A stretch of DNA of 64,000 bases from Bradyrhizobium sp. (GCF_004799445.1 NZ_SSNA01000121.1:4234-68233), one strand, 5' to 3'; positions 37,137 through 46,571 are shown, numbered from the stretch's first letter. The notes: generated from the sequence alone by a model not told the origin. A program made the numbers and translations.

Positions 37137-38633
37137 ATGACGATTGATAGTTCGCGGGTAATGTCGGCGGCACTTCGCTCAAAAATCATGTCGGCTGACG
37201 ATGCCGCGGCGCTGCTGCCGCATGGCGCGAATGTGGGCATGAGCGGCTTTACCGGGTCAGGGTATCCAAAGGCCGTACCGCAGGCGCTGGCGCGCCGGAT
37301 CGAGGAAGCTCACGCGCGCGGGGAGCCGTTCCGGATCGGCGTGTGGACCGGCGCCTCCACCGCGCCCGAACTGGATGGCGCGCTGGCCAAGGTCGACGGC
37401 ATCGAGTTGCGCCTTCCCTACCAGTCCGACCCGGTCACGCGCGAACGCATCAATGCCGGGACCATGGAGTATATCGATATCCACCTCAGCCACGTCGCGC
37501 AGTTCGTCTGGTTCGGCTTTCTCGGGCATCTGGATGTGGCTTTGGTCGAGGTCGCAGCCATCCTGCCCGACGGCAGTCTGGTGCCCTCGACTTCCATCGG
37601 CAACAACAAGACCTGGCTCGATCAGGCCGACCGCATCATTCTCGAGGTCAATTCGTGGATGAACCCGGCGTTGCAGGGCATGCATGACATCTACTACGGC
37701 ACCAGGCTGCCGCCGCACCGGACGCCAATTCCCATCCTCGCCCCCGGCGACAGGATCGGCGAGGCCACGTTTCGCTGCGACCCGAGCAAGGTGATCGCGG
37801 TGGTCGAGACCAATGCGCCTGACCGCAACACGGCCTTCGCCCCGCCAGACCAGACATCGAGGGCGATCGCCGGCCATATTATCGAGTTTCTCGGCCACGA
37901 GGTCCGCCGCGGAAGGTTGCCGCCAGAATTGCTTCCGATCCAGTCCGGGGTCGGCAACGTGGCCAACGCGGTGATGGCGGGACTCGAAGACTGTTCGTTC
38001 ACGGGGCTGACCGCGTACACGGAAGTGCTGCAGGACGGCATGCTAAACCTGATCCGGTCCGGCCGGATGGTGCTCGCATCCGCCACCGCGCTGTCGCTCA
38101 GTTCCGACGCCGCCATGCTGTTCAACCGCGAACTCGACACGCTCAAGGACCGCATCGTGCTACGGCCGCAGGAAATCTCCAACCATCCGGAGGTCATCCG
38201 GCGGCTCGGCGTGATCGCCATGAACGGGATGGTCGAGGCCGATATCTACGGCAATGTAAACTCGACCCACATCCGCGGCACCAGCATCATGAACGGCATC
38301 GGCGGCTCCGGTGATTTCGCCCGCAATGCCTATCTCTCGATTTTCATGACGCCCTCGACCGCCAAGCACGGATCGATCTCATCCATCGTCCCGATGGTGA
38401 CTCATGTTGATCATACTGAGCACGACGTGCAGATCGTGGTGACCGAGCACGGCCTCGCCGACCTGCGCGGCCTGTCTCCGAAACAGCGGGCCGGGCTCAT
38501 CATCAACAACACGGCGCATCCATCATTCCGGCCCGCGCTCAGGGATTACTTCGACCGCGCGTGCAAGTTCTCGCCCGGGAAGCACACCCCGCATCTGTTG
38601 GACGAGGCCTTCCGTTTGATTCAATCGAGCTAG
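37137..38633 (+). CDS. Acetyl-CoA hydrolase/transferase family protein (succinyl-CoA:acetate CoA-transferase AarC-like)
   Basis: Within ORF 37047..38633; start at MTIDSSRVMSAALRSKI; long stretches resemble AarC as I recall it (GFTGSGYPKAVP, NGIGGSGDFARN, TEHGLADLRGLSP). Confidence 0.9.
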   Translation: MTIDSSRVMSAALRSKIMSADDAAALLPHGANVGMSGFTGSGYPKAVPQALARRIEEAHARGEPFRIGVWTGASTAPELDGALAKVDGIELRLPYQSDPVTRERINAGTMEYIDIHLSHVAQFVWFGFLGHLDVALVEVAAILPDGSLVPSTSIGNNKTWLDQADRIILEVNSWMNPALQGMHDIYYGTRLPPHRTPIPILAPGDRIGEATFRCDPSKVIAVVETNAPDRNTAFAPPDQTSRAIAGHIIEFLGHEVRRGRLPPELLPIQSGVGNVANAVMAGLEDCSFTGLTAYTEVLQDGMLNLIRSGRMVLASATALSLSSDAAMLFNRELDTLKDRIVLRPQEISNHPEVIRRLGVIAMNGMVEADIYGNVNSTHIRGTSIMNGIGGSGDFARNAYLSIFMTPSTAKHGSISSIVPMVTHVDHTEHDVQIVVTEHGLADLRGLSPKQRAGLIINNTAHPSFRPALRDYFDRACKFSPGKHTPHLLDEAFRLIQSS

Positions 38634-38661
38634 CCTGGGACCGAGCCCGCGCCACTCGATG

Positions 38662-39792
38662 TCACTCCACCCGGCGGAATTTTTGCGTGCGGTGCCCAAA
38701 GCCGACTTCCGCCGTGTAGATGTTTCCCTTCGAGTCGATCGCAATGTTGTGCACCCATTTGAACTGGCCGGGCTGGTGGCCATGACGGCCCCATTGGGTG
38801 AGCACCTTGCCATCGTCCCGGCTGATCGTGGTGATCTGACCGTTGGCGCCATCGGCAATGAAAATGTATTTCTGCCCCGGATCCTCCGAAAGCACGAGAT
38901 CCCAGACCGAACCGTTCTGCATCGTCTCGGGCTCGATCCGGAATTCCTTCACGAAGCTGCCGTCCTTGCGGAAAACCTGGATGCGATCATTGGCGCGATC
39001 GCAGACATAGACCAGACCGTCATTGGATATCCGGACGCAATGCACCGGGTTCGAGAACTGCTCCGACGGCGGGGCGTCAGGCTTGTAGGCCGCCATCTTT
39101 TCATCGCTCGGCTTGTGCCCATAAGCCCCCCACAGCCGCTTGAAGGCGCCGGATTTGGCGTCGAACACGATGACCCGGCGGTTCTTGTAGCCGTCCGCCA
39201 CGTAGAGTTCGCCCGCCGGCTCGTCCAGCATCATGTGCGCCGGCCTGCCAAGACTGTCCTGGCTGTTGGAGCCATTGGTCACATTGGCCTTGCCGATCTG
39301 CTGGAGGAATTTTCCGTCACCCGTGAAGGTGAGGATCTGGTTATCGGCGTTGTCGTTGCCGGCCAGCCAGACATTGCCTTGACTGTCGACGAAAATACCG
39401 TGCTCCGATTTTGGCCAATCGTAACCCGCGCCGGGGCCGCCCCAATATCTCAGCAGGTTTCCCTCCTGGTCGAACTCCAGCACCGGCGGCGCCGCCGTGC
39501 AGCATTTGGTCTCGGGCGGATTCTTGGTCGCGCCTTTCTCATCGTCAAACAGGGTCGAAGGCCGATGGATGATCCAGATGTGATCGTTGCGGTCGACCGC
39601 GATGCCCGAGACCTGCCCCACGATCCAGTTGCCGGGCAATGGCTTTGGCCAGTACGGCTCAGGCCGGAATTTCGGGACCCCGGGCGCTTGAGAGGGTTGT
39701 CCCATCGGCGCAGGCAATGGCTGGGCAAAAGCGGGGCCCGCAAGACTTGCGATGATCGCGGCAAGCCACAGCGCCTTGAATGATCCAAGCAT
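38662..39792 (-). CDS. Secreted NHL-repeat beta-propeller protein
   Basis: Within ORF 38662..39864; start at MLGSFKALWLAAIIASLAGPAFAQ (signal peptide); NHL-like blades (GNVWLAGND, ELYVADGYKNRRVIVFD, LVYVCDRANDRIQVFRKDG). Confidence 0.85.
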   Translation of the reverse strand: MLGSFKALWLAAIIASLAGPAFAQPLPAPMGQPSQAPGVPKFRPEPYWPKPLPGNWIVGQVSGIAVDRNDHIWIIHRPSTLFDDEKGATKNPPETKCCTAAPPVLEFDQEGNLLRYWGGPGAGYDWPKSEHGIFVDSQGNVWLAGNDNADNQILTFTGDGKFLQQIGKANVTNGSNSQDSLGRPAHMMLDEPAGELYVADGYKNRRVIVFDAKSGAFKRLWGAYGHKPSDEKMAAYKPDAPPSEQFSNPVHCVRISNDGLVYVCDRANDRIQVFRKDGSFVKEFRIEPETMQNGSVWDLVLSEDPGQKYIFIADGANGQITTISRDDGKVLTQWGRHGHQPGQFKWVHNIAIDSKGNIYTAEVGFGHRTQKFRRVE

Positions 39793-39885
39793 GACGATTT
39801 CTCCCCGGCAGAACTCTGTTATTTTTCTTGCGGATATTCTCGTTGCGGACCGTGCGGCGCACAAGCCCCCGCGCGGTAATCGTAA

Positions 39886-41025
39886 CTACCTGACCTTGAC
39901 ATATTTCCGCAGCAGGCGCGGCCGCGGTTCGCCCGCGAATACGTTGCCGAACTTGTCCACTGCGCCGAACTCGGCTCCGCTCCCTGTCGTCGTGGCCGGG
40001 TTACCGCCCGGATCCAGAATGAAATATTTCACCCAGCCGCTCAGCGCATCGCCAATTCTGATGCCCTGTTCGAATCCCGGATTTTCCACATTGTCCGACT
40101 CCGAGTCGTAGACATAGATCAGGTCTTCATCGTTGGCGGAGAAGGCGATCCCGCTGGGCATGCCGAACTGGTGCCACGCCGCCAGGAATTTGCCGTCCTG
40201 GTCGAAGATTTGTATCCGCGTATTGGCGCGATCGCACACGAACAACCGGCCTCTTTTGTCCATGGCAATGCAGTGCGGCGTCCGGAACTCGCCCGGCGCG
40301 TACCCGGTCTTGCCCCAGGCCTTGATGAACTTTCCGTCTTTGGAGTACTTCACGATGCGGTTGTTCGAGCCGTGACCGTCGGCGATGAAGATATCTCCAT
40401 TGGGCGCGGTCACCACGGCGGCCGGGGACCTGAAATGGTACTCGTCGTCTCCGGCGACGCCGGGTTCGCCGAGCGTCATCAGCACTTGCCCATCCGGCGA
40501 GAACTTGCGGACGAAGTGCCCGGCTTTTACCACCGCCTTGGCGGCCGTTGCGACGGCGTCTTCGCCGGCCGCATCGGTCGCCCATACATTGCCGTCGCGA
40601 TCGACATGCAATCCATGCGGCCAGATGAACATTCCGGCGCCAAAACTTTTGACGACGTTGCCCTTCGGATCGAACTTGAAGATGGTGTCGTGAGGCTTGA
40701 GCCTGCCGTCGGGCAGCATGCAGTCGATGCCGAACCGGCCGCCCTTTGCGACCGTCACCGGATCGGTCTCGTCACATCGGATAAAGGCCCAGATGCTCTC
40801 GCCGTCGACGTCGACGCTCAGAGACGCCGGCGGCCCCATCTCGCGGCCGCCGGGAAGTTTCGCCCATTCGCCGCCCGGCGTGCTGGGGCCGCCTCCGTCC
40901 GCCAAGCCCTTGACCGGGCGGTACGGATTGTAGGCCGGTGCCTGAGCGAAGCACCCGGCATCAAGGACAAGCAGCGCGGCGAGGCCGCACAAAGCCGTCC
41001 GTCCGGCTCGAATTGTCGTCGACAT
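39886..41025 (-). CDS. Secreted NHL-repeat beta-propeller protein (peptidyl-alpha-hydroxyglycine amidating lyase-like)
   Basis: Within ORF 39886..41082; start at MSTTIRAGRTALCGLAALLVLDAGCFAQA; blades GNVWATDAAG, DIFIADGHGSNNRIVKYSKDG, LFVCDRANTRIQIFDQDG. Confidence 0.85.
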   Translation of the reverse strand: MSTTIRAGRTALCGLAALLVLDAGCFAQAPAYNPYRPVKGLADGGGPSTPGGEWAKLPGGREMGPPASLSVDVDGESIWAFIRCDETDPVTVAKGGRFGIDCMLPDGRLKPHDTIFKFDPKGNVVKSFGAGMFIWPHGLHVDRDGNVWATDAAGEDAVATAAKAVVKAGHFVRKFSPDGQVLMTLGEPGVAGDDEYHFRSPAAVVTAPNGDIFIADGHGSNNRIVKYSKDGKFIKAWGKTGYAPGEFRTPHCIAMDKRGRLFVCDRANTRIQIFDQDGKFLAAWHQFGMPSGIAFSANDEDLIYVYDSESDNVENPGFEQGIRIGDALSGWVKYFILDPGGNPATTTGSGAEFGAVDKFGNVFAGEPRPRLLRKYVKVR

Positions 41026-41136
41026 CTGACGCCTCACCTTCGGGATAGCTCGATCCTGTCCGTCGCGGCTTTCATCACGCAAAGCTATCGCATGAATTTC
41101 AGCCCCTTGAGAATTGAAAAATAGACGCTGAGGCTG

Positions 41137-42093
41137 TCATCGGACGCGCATCGGCGCGACCGGTTGGCTCGGCGCAATGCCGGGAAGCCGCCGCTCGATC
41201 TCCGCATCAAGCCGCGCCGCGAGTTCGCGGCTGGCTTCCACCATCGGCAGGCGAACCTCGGCGCTGTCGATCAGGCCCGTGCGCCATAGCCAATATTTCG
41301 CCGCGGCCGGGCTTGGCTCGGTGAATAACAGCCGCGTCAGATCGGATACGCTCTCCCAGCGTGCATGTGCGGCGTCGCGCTGGCCCTGCTTCAGCAGCGC
41401 GGCCACGGCCGCGAAGCTCTCGGTCTCGATGTGGGCCGAGAGCAGGATCGCCCCATCGGCGCCGTCGGTCAGCGCCTCGTAACATAGGGCGTCCTCGCCG
41501 GTCAGAACCCGAAACCCGGCCGGCCGCCGGCGCAGCAGGTCGATCGACTGCGCGCGGTCGGCGCAGCAGTCCTTCAGGCCGACAATGTTCGGATGTGCGG
41601 CGAGCTCGAGCAGCGTCTCGTTGGCAAGATTGACGGCGGTGCGGTAGGGAATGTTGTAGAGCACGATCGGCCAGGCGGCGTGATCGGCGAGCGCGCTGAA
41701 ATGTTGCTTGAGGCCGCGTTGCGATGGTCGCGAGTAATACGGGCTCGCGATCAGATAGCCATCGATCGGCCAGGCCGCCGTCTCATCCAGGGTGTGGCAC
41801 ATCTTCCGTGTGTGGCTGCCGGATAGTCCGAGACAGATCGGCATATAACGCTTGTTGCCCACGGTCTCGGATCGCGTCAGTTCGACGATCCATTCAAGCT
41901 CGGCCATGCCGAGCGTCAGGCCTTCGCCCGAGGTGGCGGCGAGGATCAGCCCGTTGACGGGCAGCGCCGCGTAGTGCCGCACCAGCCGCCGCAGCGAGGC
42001 CTCATCGAGAACGCCGTCGCGAAACGGCGTAATCAGCGGCAGCCAGAGGCCGTGCAGCAGGGATCGAAGGCCGGAAGATTCGAGGTCAGTCAT
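41137..42093 (-). CDS. Dihydrodipicolinate synthase/N-acetylneuraminate lyase family protein
   Basis: 318 aa; ATSGEG, LYNIPYRT and Schiff-base Lys context IVGLKDC; SD GGAG upstream. Confidence 0.88.
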   Translation of the reverse strand: MTDLESSGLRSLLHGLWLPLITPFRDGVLDEASLRRLVRHYAALPVNGLILAATSGEGLTLGMAELEWIVELTRSETVGNKRYMPICLGLSGSHTRKMCHTLDETAAWPIDGYLIASPYYSRPSQRGLKQHFSALADHAAWPIVLYNIPYRTAVNLANETLLELAAHPNIVGLKDCCADRAQSIDLLRRRPAGFRVLTGEDALCYEALTDGADGAILLSAHIETESFAAVAALLKQGQRDAAHARWESVSDLTRLLFTEPSPAAAKYWLWRTGLIDSAEVRLPMVEASRELAARLDAEIERRLPGIAPSQPVAPMRVR

Positions 42094-42135
42094 GGGTCCA
42101 TCTCCTTGAGGGGCTTGAGCCGGAGACGGGACAAG

Positions 42136-42267
42136 AAAAAACCCCGGACCTCGCGGCGGGGTTTTGCAGATCGGGCAAAAGCGAGAAATCTATCGCACGC
42201 GTCGATCCGAAGCCCCCGGAAGGGAGGCTTTTTTCGACAGCGCTGCGATGCACGAATTTGTGATCAT
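42136..42267 (-). ncRNA. Candidate sRNA or transcribed leader (unit 2) ending in an intrinsic terminator
   Basis: TTGACA (42302..42297), 17-nt spacer, CATCAT (42279..42274); hairpin AAGCCUCCCUUCCGGGGGCUU; terminator CCCCG..CGGGG plus U6 (42165..42136); 5' end is a prediction. Confidence 0.35.
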
Positions 42268-42383
42268 GCGGCGATGATGCTTGGCGTCACGGATTCTGTC
42301 AACGGCAGTAACGGCGCCGTGAGGGGAATCAATGCAGCGCGAGCAGCCGGGGCTCGCGAGCGCGCGCAAACCACCTTCGCATG

Positions 42384-42519
42384 AAAAAAAGCCGGGCTCA
42401 CGAGAGCCCGGCTTAAGGTATTGGCCATGTGAGGCCGACACAATCACCTTCCAAGAGGGATAACTGAGCGCTCGCGCCACTGGAGGAGGGGGACATAGCG
42501 CAACGCGAATGCTCAGCGT
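42384..42519 (-). ncRNA. Candidate sRNA (unit 1) with CCCCCUCCUCC loop, AbcR/alpha-r14/15-like
   Basis: TTGCTG (42555..42550), 18-nt spacer, CATAAT (42531..42526); nested hairpin with loop UGUCCCCCUCCUCCAG (42482..42492 on plus); terminator AGCCGGGCUC/GAGCCCGGCU plus U7 (42413..42384); 5' end is a prediction. Confidence 0.45.
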
Positions 42520-42607
42520 GGAAACATTATGGGCCGCGTGGGTGCCTTGCAGCAACCGCCCATGCCGCATGTCAGTCATGCGGACTCCGAGGGTTATCGG
42601 GCGATAA

Positions 42608-43501
42608 TTAAGACGGCCAGCGCTGCGCCTTGCTGACCACGAAGTCGCGGAACACCTGGACCCGCGCCACGGTCTTCAACTCTTCGGGATAAACGAAGTA
42701 GGTATCGAGCTGAATAGAATCCGATTCTCCGAACAGCTGCACCAGCCGGTTATTTTCTTCGACCAGGTAGTCCGGTAGCGCGGCGATGCCCAGCCCCTGC
42801 TGGCAGGCGCGCACCAGGCCGAGGATGTTGTTGACCTTGAAATACGCCTCGCGCGGACCGGAGCCGTTGCGGCCGGCATCGATCAGCCAGCTGCGGTTCT
42901 GCAAATGCGGTTGAACCTGCGTATCGCTCAGCATGATGATGCGATGGGCGTCGAGGTCGTCGAGCGTGCGGGGCGTGCCGAAGTGCTTGATGTATTCCGG
43001 CGAGCAATAGGCGTGGAAACCGATCGAGAACAGCTTGCGCTGGATCAGGTCGGGCTGGGTCGGCTTGCGGGTGCGAATCGCGACGTCGGCCTCGCGCATC
43101 GAGAGGTCGAGCTCCTCGTCGGTGACGATCATCGAAATCCGGATCTCCGGATAAAGCGCGGTGAATTCGTGGAGCCGCGGAATCAGCCAGTTGATGCCGA
43201 GGGCCGGCGGCGTCGTGATCTTGAGGTCGCCGCTCGGCCGCTCGCGGCTGTCGGTGAGTTTGGCGCGCGCCGCCTGCAGCTGCATGAACACGTCATGCGC
43301 GGTGCGAAACAACAGGTCGCCTTGTTCGGTCAAAATCAGGCCGCGGGCATGGCGGTGAAATAGCGATACCGAAAGCTCCTGCTCCAGCGCGCTGACCTGC
43401 CGGGAAACGGCCGATTGCGACAGGCCAAGCTGCTCGCCGGCATGGGTGAAGCTTCCGGCTTCAGCCGCCGCGTGAAACACCTTCAGCTTATCCCAGTCCA
43501 T
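42608..43501 (-). CDS. LysR family transcriptional regulator, LsrB/VtlR-like (downstream of trxB)
   Basis: Within ORF 42608..43531; likely start MDWDKLKVFHAAAEAGSFTHAGEQLGLSQSAVSRQVSALEQEL; position after trxB matches lsrB synteny. Confidence 0.88.
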   Translation of the reverse strand: MDWDKLKVFHAAAEAGSFTHAGEQLGLSQSAVSRQVSALEQELSVSLFHRHARGLILTEQGDLLFRTAHDVFMQLQAARAKLTDSRERPSGDLKITTPPALGINWLIPRLHEFTALYPEIRISMIVTDEELDLSMREADVAIRTRKPTQPDLIQRKLFSIGFHAYCSPEYIKHFGTPRTLDDLDAHRIIMLSDTQVQPHLQNRSWLIDAGRNGSGPREAYFKVNNILGLVRACQQGLGIAALPDYLVEENNRLVQLFGESDSIQLDTYFVYPEELKTVARVQVFRDFVVSKAQRWPS

Positions 43502-43533
43502 GTCGGTAAATCCGTCGCGGGTTCGAGCCATGA

Positions 43534-44499
43534 TTATTCCGCCGCCGCGCGGTCGCTCGCGCGAAGCGCGAGAAAGCGTTCGGCCTCAAGTGCGGCCATG
43601 CAGCCAAGGCCGGCGGCCGTGACCGCCTGGCGCCAGGTTTCGTCGGCGACGTCGCCGGCGGCGAATACGCCGGGCACCGAGGTCGCGGTTGAATTCGGCG
43701 CCACCTCGACATAGCCGGACGGCTTCAGCCTGATCTGGCCGGCGACGAGGTCGGTCGCGGGCGCGTGACCGATCGCGATGAAGACGCCGTCGGCCGCCAC
43801 TTCCGTGACCGCGCCGGTCTTGACGTTCTTCAGCCTGACATGGGTGACCTTGCCCGGGTTCTCGGTGCCGCAGATCTCGTCGATCGCGCTGTCCCACACC
43901 ACCTTGATCTTGGGATGTTTGAACAGGCGGTCCTGCAGGATGCGCTCGGCGCGGAAATGATCGCGACGGTGCACGATGGTGACTTGCGAAGCGAAATTGG
44001 TGAGGAACAGCGCTTCCTCGACCGCGGTGTTGCCGCCGCCGACCACGACGACCTCCTTGCCGCGATAGAAGAATCCGTCGCAGGTTGCGCAGGCCGAGAC
44101 GCCGAAGCCCTTGAATTTTTCTTCCGAGGGCATGCCGAGCCAGCGCGCCTGCGCGCCGGTGGCCAGGATGACGGTCTCGGCGAGATAGACGTCGCCGCTG
44201 TCGCAGGTCAGCCGGAACGGCCGCTGGGCCAGTTCGAGCCTGGTGACGAGATCGGTGACGATGCTGGTGCCGACATGGGCGGCCTGCTTCTCCATCTGCT
44301 CCATCAGCCAGGGTCCCTGGATGACGTCGGCGAAGCCCGGATAGTTTTCCACGTCGGTGGTGATGGTGAGCTGGCCGCCCGGCTGAATGCCCTGGATCAG
44401 AACCGGCTCGAGCATGGCGCGGGCAGCGTAGATCGCGGCGGTGTAACCGGCCGGGCCGGAACCGATGATCACGACCTTCGCATGGATAGGGGCAGGCAT
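43534..44499 (-). CDS. trxB: Thioredoxin-disulfide reductase
   Basis: 321 aa; redox motif CATCDGFFY; FAD and NADPH GxGxxG folds. Confidence 0.93.
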   Translation of the reverse strand: MPAPIHAKVVIIGSGPAGYTAAIYAARAMLEPVLIQGIQPGGQLTITTDVENYPGFADVIQGPWLMEQMEKQAAHVGTSIVTDLVTRLELAQRPFRLTCDSGDVYLAETVILATGAQARWLGMPSEEKFKGFGVSACATCDGFFYRGKEVVVVGGGNTAVEEALFLTNFASQVTIVHRRDHFRAERILQDRLFKHPKIKVVWDSAIDEICGTENPGKVTHVRLKNVKTGAVTEVAADGVFIAIGHAPATDLVAGQIRLKPSGYVEVAPNSTATSVPGVFAAGDVADETWRQAVTAAGLGCMAALEAERFLALRASDRAAAE

Positions 44500-44767
44500 G
44501 GGTAGATCCCTCTCTTAAGGGAATTTGGTCAGTGCTTGAGCGGATTGCGCCCGCAAACGCATCGCGACGGCGCCGAAAGTGTCAAATCCAAGTCTAGGGT
44601 ATCTGGCAAGCTATGCAAGAATTGCAATCCAAATCCGCGAAATTTCCCGTGAACAGGGAATATGGCGCAGCGCACGCGCAATAAAATTGCGTCCGCGCGG
44701 TCAGCTGCGCTAAGAGTGTTGCCGTTATTACCGCTAAGCTTTCTCAGCCCACAGGACCGGGAACCGC

Positions 44768-45247
44768 GTGTCGAAGAACCTTGACGAGATCGACCTCAAA
44801 ATCCTCAGCGAAATTCAGGCCGATGGCCGAATCACCAATGTCGAACTGGCCAAACGGGTCGGGATTTCCCCGCCGCCCTGCCTGCGCCGGGTGCGGACGC
44901 TGGAGGAAGAAGGCTATATCCAGGGTTATCGCGGGCTGCTGGATCCGCGGCGGCTGGGTTTCGACGTGACCGTGTTCGCTTCGGTGCATCTGTCCAGTCA
45001 GGCGGATGCGGATTTGCGCGCGTTCGAGGATTTCGTGCGCGCCGAGCCATTGGTGCGGGAATGCTGGATGCTGTCGGGCGAAGTCGACTTCATCCTGAAA
45101 TGCGTGGCGCCCGACATGGCGACGTTCCAGAATTTCGTCACCCATCTGACCGCCGCGCCGCACGTGCGCAATGTCAGAACATCGCTGGTGCTGCACAATT
45201 CGAAATACGAGGCCGCGGTGCCGCTTGATCTGAAAGTGCCGCGCTAG
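44768..45247 (+). CDS. Lrp/AsnC family transcriptional regulator
   Basis: 159 aa (GTG start); LDEIDLKILSEIQADGRITNVELAKRVGISPPPCLRRVRTLEEEGYI. Confidence 0.9.
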   Translation: MSKNLDEIDLKILSEIQADGRITNVELAKRVGISPPPCLRRVRTLEEEGYIQGYRGLLDPRRLGFDVTVFASVHLSSQADADLRAFEDFVRAEPLVRECWMLSGEVDFILKCVAPDMATFQNFVTHLTAAPHVRNVRTSLVLHNSKYEAAVPLDLKVPR

Positions 45248-45262
45248 CGCTTATTGCTCCCT

Positions 45263-45408
45263 CGTCATTGCGAGCCAACGGGTCGCGCGAATGCGCGCCC
45301 GATGACAGGCTCCGCGAAGCAATCCATCGATTCACAAAGGAAGAATGGATTGCTTCGTCGCTAACGCTCTCTTGCGCAAACGCTTTGCGTTTGTCGCAGG
45401 CAATGACG
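45263..45408. repeat. Repeat family B copy
   Basis: Same 5' 65 nt as the 6128 and 15451 copies. Confidence 0.85.
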
Positions 45409-45418
45409 AACCGCGCCG

Positions 45419-45811
45419 TCAGCTCTTCTTGCCCATCATCGCGTCCAGGCTGTACGGCCCGCCGCCTGCGGTCGCCAGATAGAGGCAGGCGAAGCAGAAC
45501 AGGATCGCCGCGGTGCCATTGTTGATCAGCGGCAGAAAGCCGCGCGGAAAATGTCCAATGAAATAGGCAAACGCCATTTCGCCCGACAGGATGAAAGCCG
45601 CGATCCGCGAAAACAGGCCGACCATCAGTAGCGCGCCGAGCACCAGTTCGAGGCCGCCTGCGGTCAGGATCAAGGGAGGAGGGTCGGCGAAATTGGGCAG
45701 CACCGGAAACTTCAGGATCTTGGCAATGCCATACTGAAACAGCAGCAAGCCGGTCACAAAGCGAAACAGGCTGAGTGCCACCGGCTGAAATTTGGAAAGC
45801 ATCTGGTCCAT
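45419..45811 (-). CDS. DoxX family membrane protein
   Basis: Within ORF 45419..45982; start at MDQMLSKFQPVALSLFRFVTGLLLFQYGIAKI; four TM segments. Confidence 0.8.
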   Translation of the reverse strand: MDQMLSKFQPVALSLFRFVTGLLLFQYGIAKILKFPVLPNFADPPPLILTAGGLELVLGALLMVGLFSRIAAFILSGEMAFAYFIGHFPRGFLPLINNGTAAILFCFACLYLATAGGGPYSLDAMMGKKS

Positions 45812-45998
45812 GTCATATCCCCCTGTTTGACACGCATCTTCGTTTTGCAGTGCACGCAACCCCATCGCGCGCTGCGGCCAAAACACTCTTACATGAAAAA
45901 TATTCCGGCGGGAAACCGCATTCGCAGCGCAGCAAGAAGGCCGCGCAAGCCGCGCAGCCTTCTCCAATGCCGATTCGTTCAATTCAATTGCGCCGGGA

Positions 45999-46475
45999 TC
46001 AGCGCCACTCGACCTTGGTGATCTCGTAGGCCTTGGCGCCGCCGGGGGCGACGACTTCCACGGACGCGCCCTTCTTCTTGCCGATCAGCGCTCGCGCCAG
46101 CGGCGAGGTGATGGAGATGCGGCCCTTCTTGGCATCGGCTTCCGGTTCGCCGACGATCTGCCACACCGCTTTCTTGTCGGTGTCCTCGTCGACCAGCGTC
46201 ACGGTGGCGCCGAACATGATGGTGTCGCCGGACAGTTTGCTGATGTCGATGATGTCGGCGCGCGCGAGCTTGTCCTCCAGTTCGGCGATACGGCCTTCAT
46301 TGTGGGACTGCTCTTCCTTGGCGGCGTGATACTCCGCGTTCTCCGAAAGGTCGCCATGCGAGCGCGCCTCGGCGATATGCTCGATGATGCGCGGACGCTC
46401 CACCGACTGGCGCTGCTTCAATTCGACCTCGAGAGCGGCATAGCCGCCAGCGGTCATCGGAACCTTTTCGATCAT
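45999..46475 (-). CDS. greA: Transcription elongation factor GreA
   Basis: Within ORF 45999..46523; start at [20 protein letters not shown]; [15 protein letters not shown] motif. Confidence 0.93.
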   Translation of the reverse strand: MIEKVPMTAGGYAALEVELKQRQSVERPRIIEHIAEARSHGDLSENAEYHAAKEEQSHNEGRIAELEDKLARADIIDISKLSGDTIMFGATVTLVDEDTDKKAVWQIVGEPEADAKKGRISITSPLARALIGKKKGASVEVVAPGGAKAYEITKVEWR

Positions 46476-46539
46476 CTGTCTTTGTCCTTCAACTTCATGC
46501 GGACCAATCCGCGGCACGCACAAACGCCGAAACAGAACA

Positions 46540-46571
46540 CCCTCATGACGGACGAGTTCCGGTCATGAGGG
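46540..46571 (-). terminator. Hairpin terminator downstream of carB
   Basis: CCCTCATGAC / GTCATGAGGG 10-bp stem followed on the minus strand by TGTTCTGTTTCGG. Confidence 0.55.

Noticed and set aside
42190-42579. 129-aa minus-strand ORF in the lsrB/DHDPS-like intergenic region
   Set aside because: It reads straight through a promoter-like element and a perfect intrinsic terminator with a U7 tract. It has no SD sequence, and the composition (PPPP from the CU-rich loop) looks non-coding.
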